This document shows, in pieces, positions 29,720-45,642 of a DNA stretch of 64,000 nt. The position numbers and the translations under genes were made by a program. Origin of the DNA: Zygnema circumcarinatum SAG 698-1b (lineage: Eukaryota > Plantae > Zygnematophyceae); NCBI GenBank assembly GCA_037447605.1, contig CM074815.1:2677941-2741940 (forward strand), written 5' to 3'. The notes beneath the pieces were generated by a model. That model was given only the letters and a program-made list of their open reading frames with translations. It was not told the DNA's origin and ran no database searches. The stretch's first letter is position 1. Each line of letters starts with the position of its first letter.

Positions 29720-30110
29720 CAGTACCCCCCCTAATATTTTCCACCCAGGTACTTCTGTTACCCAAGAAATTTGCCCTGATTTTGAGGAAACTACTTTTAG
29801 TACGGTAAGTCTGTGTTCATGTATTAGGGGTGTTAACCTAACCTGAACTATTTTTCAATATTGTACAAATTTGTTGATCGAAACGGGTTTCAAACATGGG
29901 TCGCGCTATTCTGCTGTACAATAAGTACGGATAAAATCTCTAAATTGTACGATATATGCACAGCACTAAAAGGAGCTCGCGACAAGCCCGCTCGGGCGGC
30001 CATCCACTTCCGTACAGAGAGGAATAGTACGGCTGCAGGCCGATCTCTAACATAATACCGCCCGCCTATTGTTGACACAGACTTCCTTACATTTTCAAAT
30101 TCCAAGATTT
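29720..30110. mobile_element. Truncated Tc1/pogo-type MITE (family of 58164-58612, opposite orientation)
   Basis: TA|CAGTACCCCC terminus; interior aligns by eye to the reverse complement of 58400-58612. Confidence 0.7.
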
Positions 30111-30220
30111 TTAGGGGAGGGAGGGGAGGGGTGGGGAGGACAAGGCAGGGGAGGGGGGGAAGGGGGGGAGGGGAGGGGAAGGGAGGGGAAGGGAGAGGAT
30201 TATGGTACGACGATCAGTAG

Positions 30221-30660
30221 TTGGTCCTACCCAAGGCCGGAATTGTACGTCAACTCATTCTGAGTGAGCTACATGATCCTCCGTATAGGGGTCACATGGG
30301 TGTTGCCAAAAGCCGTGAAGCACTACTCCATGAGTTTTGGTGGCCTGGACTCACGAAGGATGTGGAGGCCTATGTACTCGCATGTCCAACTTGTCAACGC
30401 AACAAACCACGCACTGGCAAGATTCCTGGCCAGTTGCAACCTCTCACTCCTCCATTTTGAAAGTGGGAAACTGTGGTTATGGATCTGATCACAGATCTTC
30501 GTGTGACACCTCAGGGTCATGACTCCATCTTCATGTTCGTTGACCGACTTAGTAAAATGGTGCACTTTGCACTTACTACTGAAACAGCTAGGGCCGACGA
30601 AGTTACATGGTTGTATGTTGACAAAGTGTGGAGCCAACATGAACTACAGTCAGTGATAGT
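30221..30660 (+). pseudogene. Ty3/gypsy integrase fragment (H2C2 zinc finger plus start of rve core), frameshifted
   Basis: LHDPPYRGHMGVAKS..L..EFWWPGL.KDV..YV.ACPTCQRNK, then a frame change to WETVVMDLITDL..T.QGHDSIFMFVDRLSKMVHF. Confidence 0.9.
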
Positions 30661-31512
30661 GGAGCACGCTAGAGGTAAGCATAGGCCTTTTGTCTCGACT
30701 GGGCCACTAGTAGGGTCTGCCGTGCCCTCGTATACATCTTCTTGTTTCCGTTGAGTTGTTCTATTGCATTCTGTGTGCTCTGTATGTCCACATCTTGTGA
30801 GTGTGATTGAGCAAGTCATTGATGATGTCTAGTTTTACCGAGGGTAGAGGAGAGGTGGCAGCACCACGGAAGGACAACGCTGCACCAACAAGAACATGGA
30901 AGCGAGAAAGGGATATGAGTTGCGAGCGACATCTGAAGTACATCACATGTAGCACTTTTGAAAGATGTCGCATTAGTCAACAAATATGCCATTTCAAAAA
31001 TTTCGGGAGCAACCCGGAGGCGTCACTCTCCCAACAATACAAAAAGGCTTCAACTACCTACTTTTCATCGGGAGGAACCCCCACTAAATTCGGCTATGTA
31101 CAACTGAATTTTCTGCTCTAAAACCTACCACATTGTACTGAATGGAAAAACGTTCCACGAAAATATGGAACGATTTCTTGATCTCATTGGCTATGCTCTA
31201 TACTGTCCTCTACACCGCCGTCTAGAGGTGGATGCGGATCCACGGATGTCGTCGGGGGGACTTAGGTCCCCCTCAGGTTTTAAAAAGAAGACTGACTTGA
31301 ACAATATCCCCTCGAATTTCTTAACTCACTGGCCAGCCCCCCCCCCTAAACAGTACTGTTGGATCCGACCATGCACGCGAACATGTGATTGTGCATGCGC
31401 GCATGGACCACTCCATGCAACCCACGTCTACAATTGCGCTCTACAACAACAACTTGAGCAGAGCGGAGCTTCATAGGATATGAAAAACCAATTCAAGCAA
31501 AGTCAAGTCAAA

Positions 31513-35067
<3,555 letters not shown>

Positions 35068-36179
35068 GGATCGCCTGGGGGGAAAGGGAGGAAAGGAATG
35101 GCAATGCAGGACAGATGGATACCGGCAATATGAGGCGTGGAGAACGAGGGGGAGGAAGAGGACAGGGAGAGCTCGTGAGGGAGAGAGAACGGGTAAGGGA
35201 GAGGGAGAGAGAGAGAGGGAGAGAGGGAGAGGGAGGGAGATAGGGAGAGGGAGAGGGAGGGAAAGGGAGGGAGAAGGCGGGGGAGGGATGGGAGGGATAG
35301 GAGGTAGTGGGAGGAGGGGTGAGCGGCGAGCATATAAGTGAGAGCCGGTCGCTAAAAGCAACTTTTGGTCGCCTCACACGTGGCGCGTTGTGGGGGCGTA
35401 CGGTCAGTCCGTAAATGACGCGGGCTTGTCAGTGCGCAGTTGTGTACAGTAGTGCTTATTGGAGTTGGCGTACGGCAATTCTGGAACTATGCAGGCGGCT
35501 GCGAGACGCTGATTGGTGGATGTACTGTGCGGTCGCATCTGATTGGTTGGTCAAGATTTTTTTTACATGTTGTTTTGTGCGTTTACTTTTGTATCCCTTG
35601 GCTTTTGTTCACCCTCCAATTTTCAATATCCTCCCCCCTGGATGTTTTTTTTCTGACAAAAGCATCGGCCTGCCCGAATCCGATGGAGTGGAAGATCCGT
35701 CCGCCACGAGATCGTTCGCGGTTGTCCGTCTTTTACACGTGCGGTGAATCTCAACCGTCCCCACTTGTAGACCCATGTGGGCGCCTCGTCCAAGTAATCG
35801 GAGCGCGCCATGTGGCGGTTTTTGCACTATCAGTTGGAGGCACCGCTCAGGATCTGAACGACCCGGGCCAGGTTCGGCTTGTTGTATGGGGAGTCAGACC
35901 TTGACCATCGCCTGCGAATTCAAAGATTCCCCCTGCGAAAAGGTATTGATTTCGATTGCAGAATTCGGATCGGAAACCGCGGCTTCCCCCGAACCTGTCT
36001 GTCCCGTCCGTACTTCGAAATAGGTTACAAAATGAGATACAGGCTCGGCGCCCGAGCCTGTCGAACGTCCACTTTTGGCGAAAAAGGCCTGCCGTACAAC
36101 GCGGAATTGGCCCGACGGGCTCGCGGAATTGGCCCGACGGGCTCGCGGAATTGGTTTGGCGCTGGTCAAGGTCTGACTA

Positions 36180-37238
36180 CAGTAGGGGGTCCTCATATTT
36201 TCGCCATGGTTTTGGCAAACATGGGGCGAAAATCTTGATTTTGCAAATATAAGGTTCTTGTTAGCAATAGGCCGGCGGTATTATGTTAGAGTTCATGTAT
36301 AATCGTACGTGTCGAACCGTTCCATATCGTACCGTATCGTACAGTTTTGAGAAATTTCGTATCGTATCGTACCGTATCGAAGCCAAGAAGAAGGGGAGAG
36401 GAGCGAGCGCCTCTTACGGTGGCACGTGCGGGAAGATTCGGTGAGTTTTTTGCTTAAGCCCGTAACCGCTAGTACAGCAAGTACGGCAAGTACGGCTAGT
36501 ACAACTAAAAAAGTACGGCTAGGACGGCTAGTACTGACAGTACGGCTAACACAGAGTTACAAAAAAGTACAAAAAAGTAGTTTCGGCAAAATCAGGGCGA
36601 ATTTCTTGGGAACGCACTGAATTATATGAAAATGATACAGCCACCCCACTTTTTGGATATCCGCGCCCCCTTTCGGGAAAATTTGTACTTTCATCTTGGC
36701 TAATCACGCCCCCCCCTTGGATCTTTCGGGAGGAGAGATCTTGTAGACAATCGGACCCCGCGCCTCGCGCGCAGGATCCGACCGTGCACCGACGTACGGC
36801 ATCGTGGCGTGGCCCGCGAGATGCGGCGAGCCTACGGAAACGTTGTCCTCACCTGACCCTTTTGGGTCAGAGGTTGCCACGTGGCAGTCTGCCATTGGAC
36901 ATCCCTGCTTCCGGTCCCCCATGCCGACTAGTGTGGGTCGAAGGGAGCACAGCAAAAAGAGCAAAAAGCTATCGGCATGGGGGACCGGAAGCAGGGCTGT
37001 CCAATGGCAGACTGCCACGTGGCTACCTCAATTCCAAATGGGTCAGGTGAGGACAACGTTTCCGTAGGCTCGCCGCATCTCGCGGGAAGATCTCTCCTCC
37101 CGAAAGATCCAAGGGGGGGGCGTGATAAGCCAAAACGAAAGTACAAATTTTCCCCAAAAGGGGCGCGGATATCCAAAAGTGGGGCGGCTGTATCATTTTC
37201 CGAATTATAGGGTGGAATAATGTGAGGACCCCCTACTG
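36180..37238. mobile_element. Tc1/pogo-type MITE nested in the solo LTR
   Basis: TA|CAGTAGGGGGTCCTCA ... TGAGGACCCCCTACTG|TA. Confidence 0.8.
36627..37201. mobile_element. Foldback/palindromic MULE-like element nested in the MITE
   Basis: Outer inverted arms of about 110 bp (36628-36740 vs 37088-37200), inner arms of about 100 bp (36828-36927 vs 36972-37084), and an 8-bp TSD GAATTATA. Confidence 0.8.
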
Positions 37239-38332
37239 TACTGTACAGTATAGCCTAGAATTGTACACCGTACGGTCCTTAGCCATTGTCCCAGGTCCTT
37301 AGTAGATTCGGTCACGGCCCGAACAGACAGATAGATTCCGTCGCGTAGTGGGAATACGGACGTCTGACTAGGACACGTGGAGAGCGGCGATAGGCCGCGC
37401 TAACACTGAAGTCTACTTGGAACTGATAAGTGTAGTTTGGACACGTGGCGCATAGCAATAGGCTGTGCGGTCATCTTTTGTATTGCTTACTGTATTGCTT
37501 TAAGCGGACCACCGTACAATATGTCCGGAGCGTACGAGACGCATGGACGTACGGACGTCCAACACAGGCGCTGGAGAGGTGCGCGCGCGATGGATGCGAA
37601 GCTTCGCGGAAGGCTGGCGTTTCCGGTACGGACACTCTCCCCTGGCCATGGCGAGCCTCAGGGTGAGCTCCAGCGCGGTGCGGGGCGAGAGCTCCGGGAA
37701 ACGTGGAGCATTTCCAGTGGCATGGAGGCGTGCTGTGTGGCGGCGCGCGGCGGCGCGCGGTGGAATGTGGAGTAGTGCAGCGCTTAGTGTTAAACTAAGA
37801 TTTGTTTAAGATTTGATTAACCTGAGAGTTCAACTAAATGCTTGGCTCGTGATGCTGAGTGCAGTTGCCTGGCTGTATGTGCGGCAGGAAGTAGGGGTCT
37901 ATTCAGAGCAGAAGTGGAAGCCTGAGGGGTTGACGTTACTGCTTGTTTCTCTTCATACTTAATTAAGGAGTTTTGAGGCCGGTGGTGCTTTCTCCTTACT
38001 TATTCTCTTTCGGTGTTCTGCTTTTTTGAATCATCTGCTTTTCAATGTGTGCACTTGAGGGTTTTCTTGATTCAGACTTGCAAGCATGTCAGAGAGTGAG
38101 AGAGTAGTGGGAGAGACCGGGCCCAAATTGTCAACACGGCTGAGGGTCGGCTGAGGCCCGGGACGCAGGAGGAGAAGGTAAGAGGGAAGTAAGAATTTTG
38201 GAGTGGAGGTGATTCATGTGAAAATTTGAAATGAGTGGAAGAGAGAAAATAAGGGAGCTGTAGATGGGGATGAAGAGGGGGGAGGGAGGGGGGAGAGAGA
38301 GAAAGAAAAAAAAGGAGAGAGAGCGACTGAGA

Positions 38333-38455
<123 letters not shown>

Positions 38456-39683
38456 GGGGAGAGGGAGAGGGCGAGGGCGGAGGCGAGGGCGAGGGCGAGG
38501 GAGAGGGCGATGGAGAGGGAGAGGGCGAGGGCGAGGGCGAGGGAGAGGGATAATTGTGACAAGACGTCACCACCGTACAATACTGGAATCTCTGACGTGG
38601 CTCACAATGGTCGGTCTACATGCCATACAAGCGTTTACTGTTTTACGGCGCACTGAACCGTTCGCGAACAGGACTGCATGTGCATCGCTCTCATGGAAAC
38701 TCCCGCTAGCTCGCTCGGTGGGCTGAGCTGGCGCTGGCCAATGGAACCCCCGCAAGTCAAAAGTGCGAAATTCTGTTCAAAATTTAGTGAAGTCATGAGA
38801 GCATGGCCCTCGAAGCATGTTGAACAACAAGTTGCCTTTAGTTATCATTTTGCATTCTGGAGCAATGCAATGTTGTAAAACCTTAGTAACCTTAATGAAA
38901 TAAGTACAAAATATGTTTCAAAAGTGCCTATGAGATAGTCGCGTCACTGCGTTAAAGAGTCAAGTCGATTTTCAGTCACCGAACACGCCGTCGTAGTCAC
39001 AGTCAGTCTAGTCATACATTGGCTAACCAATCTAGTCATATGTTTGGCTAACCATCCTCATGACATCCATACCCAACAACACCACTCATAAAAGCAGACC
39101 GACCAATTGCAGGAACGACCACGAGTCGAGACTCTTCAGGTTCCCGTTTCTGTTGCCGTTTCCGTTCCCATTTCCGTCACATGGAACCGCCCTCCAACGA
39201 GGTCCATGGTGAGCATGTCCTGCATAGAACATGGCGATTTCGTTTTAGTCATAAGCAGAGGAAGACATCTCTCTCGCTCTCTCTCTCACACTCTCTCTCA
39301 CACTCTCTCTCTCTCATCCTCATGGCACCTCTTGATTCCTCTCTGTCTCTCTCACTCCCCTCTGTGGCCCACTTGACCCCTCTTTCCCTCTTTCGCCCCC
39401 TCCCTCCACCTGATGCCTCACTTCCTCTCTCTCCCTCCCCTCCATCTCTACGCTCCCCTTTCTCCCCCACATATTCCTCCATCTCTCTCTCCCTCCCCCT
39501 CTCTCCCCCCTCTCTCCCCCCTCTCTGCCTACCTCTTTCCCTCGTCCCTTCCCCTCTCCCCCTCCCTCCCACTCCCCCCCTCCCTCCCTCCCTCTCTCCC
39601 CCCACCACTCTCCTCCCACCCTCCCCTTTCATCCAACCAATCCCCCACAGGAGGCGGAGTCGGTCCAGGGCTGTGGGACTCAC

Positions 39684-42600
39684 ATCGCACGCATGTGAAC
39701 TTATTGCCGGCGGTCGTCGAGTAGCCTCTCTCGCACGTACACGTGGCACCCGCTGTGCCCTTACCGGAGCAGTATCCGAACTCGCCGCACGCCCCACCCG
39801 TCTGCTTCGAGTTGCAAAATTTTGCGCATTCCGAGTCCGACTTTTGCTTTCCGAAACTGCCCGGAGTTCGGAGACAGTTTCCGGAAGCGGTCGGGAGGGG
39901 GCTCTTAGAGGATCTCTGAACGCTGGAAAAATAGTTGTTGTCAAGGCGGGCTTCCTCCAGTTCTGGAAGCTCCGCATCGCCGGAAAACGAGTTTTTGTCC
40001 AAATATCTGAAAAAGAATGNNNNNNNNNNAGGGGGGAGGGGTATGGTTTGGGTTCAGGGTTTAGGGATTTAAGTGTTTTCAGGGTTTAGGGTTTTAGGGA
40101 TTTAGGGTTTTTAGGGTTGTAGGGTTTTAAGGATTTTAAGGTTATTAGGGTTATTAGGGTTGATAGGGTTTTAGGGTTATAAGGTATTGAAAGTTTCAGG
40201 GTTCTATGGCTTGGGGTTGTCAGGATTTAGGGTTTTCAAGATTTTAATGTTCTGTGGGTTTTAGGGTCCTATGGTTTAAAAGTTTTCAAGGAAGGTTGAG
40301 GATCATATATTTTCTCTTTTGGAAGCTTCAAAAAATGAAAATAACTTACAGATAGGTGAAGTAGAATCCGAAGTCTATCGGAAAAGGAATTTTTCCGACA
40401 AAATTGTTCATACTCAAATCCCTGCCCGACCCACAGGCAAGAAAATCGAATGAAAAAAACAGGCCACTAAAAGGGAAAATTTGTGATCGAGTGGCTAGTT
40501 TGGTAGAATATTTACTGACAAGTAATAGCCCTTGAAAGCCCAAAGGGGGACAGTTCCGGTGAAGTTGTTGCACGCCAAGGCCCTGCAAAAATAGTTCGAT
40601 TATTTTCAGAAATTCTCACGAGATTACGGAAAATAATTGACCCTTATGACACATATATGAATCGAAAAATGAATTTTCTTCTTTCTCCCACCTCCTTCCC
40701 CTTCCCTCCCTCGCTCTCCATCCCTCCCTCCCTCCCTCCCTCCCCCTCTCCAAGCGGTTCTCCCCCAACCACTCTTTCTCCTTCGCGCGCCTCTCCTCCG
40801 CCCCCTCCCTCACTTTCCCTCTCTGCCTCCTTCCTACCGCCACCCTCTCTCTCTCCCACCCTCCTCCATTCCCCCTCCTCCAACCCCCCTCCTCCCCTCC
40901 CCCTCCCCCCCCTGTCTCCCTCCCTTCCCCCTCCCCTTCCCCTCTCCCGCTCCCACTCTCTCCCCCTCCCCCTCCCTCCCCCCTCACCTCCCCTTCCGCC
41001 GCTCTCTCCCCCTCCTTCCCCCCTCCTACCCTCCTCCCCATCTCTCCCTCTCTCCCTCCCTCCCCCCCTTCTCCCCTCCCCCTCCCCCCTTCTCCTCTCT
41101 CCCCCTACCTCCCGCCTCCTTCCCTCCCACTCCCCTTCCCACTCCGCGTCCCTCTCTCTCTCTCTCCCTTCCTTCCCCCTCCTCCCCTCCCCCCTATCTC
41201 TCTCCCGCCCTTCCCACTCCTCCCCTGCCACTCTCCCTCTCTCTCCCCCTCCCTGCCCCCACCTCCCTTCCCCCTCCCCCTCTCCCTCCTCCCCTCCCCT
41301 TCCCCCCTCTCGCTCCCTCCCTCCCCCCTCCTCCCCTCCCGCTTCCCCTCTCTCTCCTTCCCTTTCCCCTCCTCCCCTTCTCCTCACCCTATCTCTTCCT
41401 CTCCCTCTCCCCTTTCTCTCTCCCTCCCTCCCCCCTCCTCCCCTCACCCCTTTCCGTGTCTCTCCCTCTCCCTTCTCCCTCCTCCCCTTCGCCTCTCCCT
41501 ATTTCTCGACCTCCCTCCCCCCTTCTTCTCCCCTCCCCCACTCTCTCCCTCCCTCCCCCTTCCCCTCTCTCCCTCTCTCCCTCCCCCCTCCTCTCTTCCC
41601 CCTCTCCCTCCCCATCCCCCTCCCCCACTCTACCTCCCTTCTACCTCCTTCCTCCCCCTTTCCTCCCTCTCCCTCACGTCCTCCCCCCTCCAGTGTAGAG
41701 GTAAACGTAAGCAGAAGGAAAAATGAACAGCAACAGAAAGATCATTGACCGTTTCTCCTTACATTGTATTTATCGGCTGAAGCTTCCGCGAACGTTCCGG
41801 AATTCCGCCGACAAAATGGTTTGTGGCTAAAATCCTGAATTCCCCCCTCGGAAAATTTCACAAATGGGGACAGTGTACGAGCTTTCGTTGATCGTACATG
41901 AAAAAATAATAAATTTCAAGCACGAAAAAAAAAAAAAAAAGAAGGGCTCTCACAGGTAGCTCAAAGTTGGAAGATTGACGATTTCCGGAGGAACAGAACC
42001 ACTGAGCTCGTTACAACTTAATTCCCTGAAAAAAAAAACGTATCAACAACAAAGGGTTTTAGAAAATTAGAATAGTCAGGGTTACAAAATGGTCTGCTTT
42101 CAGGGTCAGATTTCTCAGGATGACAAAATTTCTTGATTTCCAGATTTTAATTCATAAAATTTTAGGGTTTCTACAGTTGCAGGCCAATGCATGCCATTGA
42201 GACTTTTTTGGGAAAGAAAAAAAAAATCTCTTTGGCAACCATGCTCAATTTCTACCGCCACCCTCTCTCTCTCTCACCCTCCTCCCTTCCCCCCTCCTCC
42301 CCTCCCCCTCGCCCTCCCACTCTCCCTCCCTTTCCCATCCTCCCCTTTCCCTCTCCCTCTCCCTCTCTCCCCCCCTCGCCCTCCCTCCTACCTCCTTCTC
42401 CCCTCCCCCTCTCCCTCTCTCTTCCCCTCCCTCCCCCCTCCTATCCTCCCCCTCCCCTTCTCTCTCTCCCTCCCTTCCCCCCCCTTCTCCCCTCCCCCTC
42501 CCCAACTCTCTCTCCCTCCCTTTTCCCTACTCCCCTTACCCAGTCCCACTTTCTTCCCCTCCCTCCAGACAGAATCTGGAAATTTCAGATTGAAACCTTT

Positions 42601-45600
42601 TGGATAGATTTTGAAACTTACATATCTTGCAATTTAGAAAGCGATCCGAGACTAGCGGGCAGCGGGCCTGTGAGGTAATTTCTGTTCAGCCAGCTGCCCT
42701 TCCAGAAAAAAAAAAAAAAAAAAGTCAAATTCATAGGTTCAAATGTAAAAATATGTAAAGATGTCTCTCTTCTAAAGAATGGCAGGCACTCCTCGGTTAA
42801 GTTTGGCGCTTATCATCTGGGAAGGGTGACCTCCCACGTACAGAATCTGCAGGTTCACCAAATTTCCGATGGTCGCCGGAATGCCTCCGCGCAGCTTGTG
42901 ACCCGTCAACACTCTGAAAAGCGACCCACGGGTTTTAAGGTTTAGGGTTCTAGGGTTAGGGTTTAGGATTTAGGGTTTTAAGGTTTACCGGTCAGGGTTA
43001 AGGTTTAGGGTTTAGGGCTTCCAAAGAAGTGCTAGGGCTTAGGGTCACAGTTTAGAGTTTGGTGATTATGGTTTTAGGGTTACCGGTCAGAGGGGTTAGG
43101 ATTGAGGGGTTGGAGGTTGGGAGTTAAGCTTTAGGGTTTAAAGTTTATGCTTTAGGGTTGAGGGGTTTGGGTATATATAGGTTTGGGTATATATAGCGTT
43201 TGGAGTCTAGGGTTCAGGGTTCAAGTTCTACGGTTTAGGGTCCAGGGTTTAGGTGTCGGATTCACAGTCGAGGGTTTAGGGTTTAAGTCCACTTTGACGA
43301 TTCAACTGCATTGGTTCGTTCCCTAGGGTTCAGGGCCGGGCCGGTGTACGGACAGCCTCCTGAGGAAGGTGAGTCGCGTCACGGCCTCGGAGATGGTCCC
43401 GTCGAGGCGGGGGCCGGTCCGGGGGAGGTTCGGGGACTGTACGGACCCGTCGGGGAGGGAGGTGGGCTCCGTGGCCAGGAACCTGAGGGGAAGGGAAAGT
43501 TGAAAATTTCGAGGGGTAAATTGGAGGTAGAGGGAGAGATGGAGGGAGGAGGAAGAGAGGAGCGGGAGTGAGAGATAGAGGGGGGGGGGGAGAGAAGGGA
43601 GATGGAGAGGCGGGTTGGGGAGAGAGGAGAGAGAGGGAGAGGGGGTTGAGGGGAGAGAGGGGGGAGGCGAGAGAGGGAGAGGGGGAGAGTGGGGGGAGAG
43701 GAGAGAGAGAGGGAGAAGGGGAGAGAGCGGGAGAAGAGGAGAGAGAGGAGAGAGGGGAGAGGAGACAGGGAGAGGGAGAGTGAGAGAGCGGGGGAGAGGA
43801 GAGAGCGGGAGAGGGGGAGAGTGAGGAGAGCAAGGGGAGAGGAGGGAGAGGGAGAGTGGTAGAAAGAGGAGAGGGAGGAGAGGGGAGAGAGGGAGAGGTA
43901 GAGAGGTTTAAGGTGGGGAGAGGAGAAAGAGGAAGATGGGGAGAGAGAGGAGAGAGAGGAGGAGAGAGAGATGGAGAGAAAGGAGAGTGAGGGAGAGGGG
44001 GAGAGGGGAGAGAGGGATTGGGGGAGAAACAGAGAGGGAGAGAGGAGAGATAGGGAGAGAGGCAGCGAGAGAAGAGAGGGGGGAGAGGAGAGAGTGGGAG
44101 AAGGTGAGGGAGAGGAGAGAGGGGGAGAGGAGAGAGAGCGACGGGGAGAGAGGGGAGAGAGGAGGAGAGGCGAGAGTGGGAGAGGGGGGGAGAAGGGAGA
44201 AAAGGGGGAGAAGAGAGAGTGGACGAGGGAGAGAGAGAGAGGGGGAGATAGGAGAGACAGGGAGCGGGGGAAGGAGAGAGAGGGAGAAAGGAGAGAGAGG
44301 GAGAGTGGGAGAGAGTTGAGAGAGGAGGGCGAGAGAGGAGAGTGGGGGGGGAGGAGGGAGAGGGAGAGTGGTAGAGAGAGGAGAGGGAGGAGAGGAGAGA
44401 GAGGGAGAGCAGGAGAGAGGTGAGAGGGGGGAGCGGAGAGAGTGGAAGAGGGGGAGAGAGAGGAGAGAGAAGGAGAGAGAAATGGAAGGAAAGGAGACAG
44501 AGGGAGAGGGGGAGAGGGAGAGGGGGAGAGGAGAGAGAGGGATTGGGGGAGAAACAGAGAGGGAGAGAGGAGAGATAGGGAGAGACGCAGCGAGAGAAGA
44601 GAGGGGGAGAGGAGAGAGGGAGAAGGTGTGGGAGTGCAGAGAGTGGAAGGAGAGCGAGTGCGACGGGGAGAGAGGGGGGAGAGGAGGAGAGGCGAGAGTG
44701 GGAGAGGGGGAGAGAGGGTGGAGAAGAGAGAGTGGAAGAGGGGGAGAGAGAGTGATGGGGAGATAGGAGAGACAGGGTGCGGGGGAAAGAGAAAGAGGGA
44801 GAAAGGAGTGAGAGGGAGGGAGGGCGAGAGAGGAGAGAGGGGAGAGAGAGGGAGAAAAGGAGAGGCGAGAGACAAAGCGGGAGAGTGAGAAGGCGGGAGA
44901 GAAAGATTTCCAAATCTCTTTTTTCATTCGTAAAATATTTCATGGCCTTCCACAGTTTCCCGCAACATGTTTATTAAAATTTCTTGAATTTTTAACTTCC
45001 AAAATATTACTATTTAGGTCCGCAGGGGGAGAGCACCCACAAGGAGATGACGTTGCCTTTGACGTCACACGTCACGCCCAGCCACTTGCTGCAGTCATTT
45101 TTGGACCACCATGACGTCAGCAGCGAGGGCCCAGTGGGCTTCAGCGCCCTCCGGACCTCCTGCAGAATGCCTGCCCCCCCCACACGTGCGAATTTCAGGA
45201 AAAATATTTCAGGTAGGTCCCCAAAAAAAAAAAGGGGTGAGGGCGAGAAAAAATGTTTCTGGGACTTTTTCGTATCGGAAAATCTCGTGGGAAAAAATAA
45301 AAAAAAAGAATTAGAATAATTTGGAAGTTACGTTTTTTTGGGCCAGCTTTGCTCACCCTGCTGTGCGGTGATGATCCGTACAGCCGCCACGTGGCGCGCG
45401 TAGAGTGGTAAAATGACAGCGAGGACCACACGTGCGAGGACGCTGAGAGAGTGCCTGCCAAACCATTTCGAACCCCTCAGTCAGCCATGCCATGGCATGG
45501 CGCATGCCATCCATATATGGTCATCATGGCTAATGCCATGCATCCATGACCATCATGGCCCGTGCAGCTCTCTCTCTCCTCTCTCTCTCTTGGTCCCCAT

Positions 45601-45642
45601 ACGGAAAAACGCATCTCACCGGCGACGGCCGGCGGCGGCCAT
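39684..45642 (-). CDS. Secreted LRR protein 2 (paralogue of gene 1): signal peptide, LRRNT, 7 single-LRR exons, EGF-like module
   Basis: ATG 45642 (MAAAGRRR|HSLSVLARVVLAVILPLYARHVAA). LRRNT LTSWWSKNDCSKWLGVTCD. Phase-2 LRR exons near 43470, 42905, 42695, 42025, 41835, 40583 and 40432. Exon about 40007-39684 has GNCL..ECAKFC..GACGEFGYC..TCTCERGY..FTC, ending at the same phase-1 donor position as gene 1. Confidence 0.85.

Larger units (their letters stand above)
35880..38136. mobile_element. Solo LTR with nested DNA elements
   Basis: Begins TGTTG, ends CAACA, with perfect 5-bp TSD CGGCT (35875-35879 and 38137-38141) inside the esterase exon copy. Confidence 0.8.
35756..38290 (-). pseudogene. 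Fragment of a second carboxylesterase copy (one exon plus adjacent intron), split by a solo LTR
   Basis: 38137-38290 matches the intron/exon start at about 32230-32370 (PASRASADP). 35756-35879 continues it (PNLARVVQILS...MARSDYLDEAPTWVY) with an in-frame stop. Confidence 0.8.

Noticed and set aside
31230-31370. Small element bounded by GCGGATCCA / TGGATCCGA
   Set aside because: Inverted match of only about 8 bp and no TSD; insufficient to call a MITE.
42930-43330. True telomere or chromosome-fusion site
   Set aside because: Highly degenerate, short, lies within a spliceable intron, and recurs in many introns.
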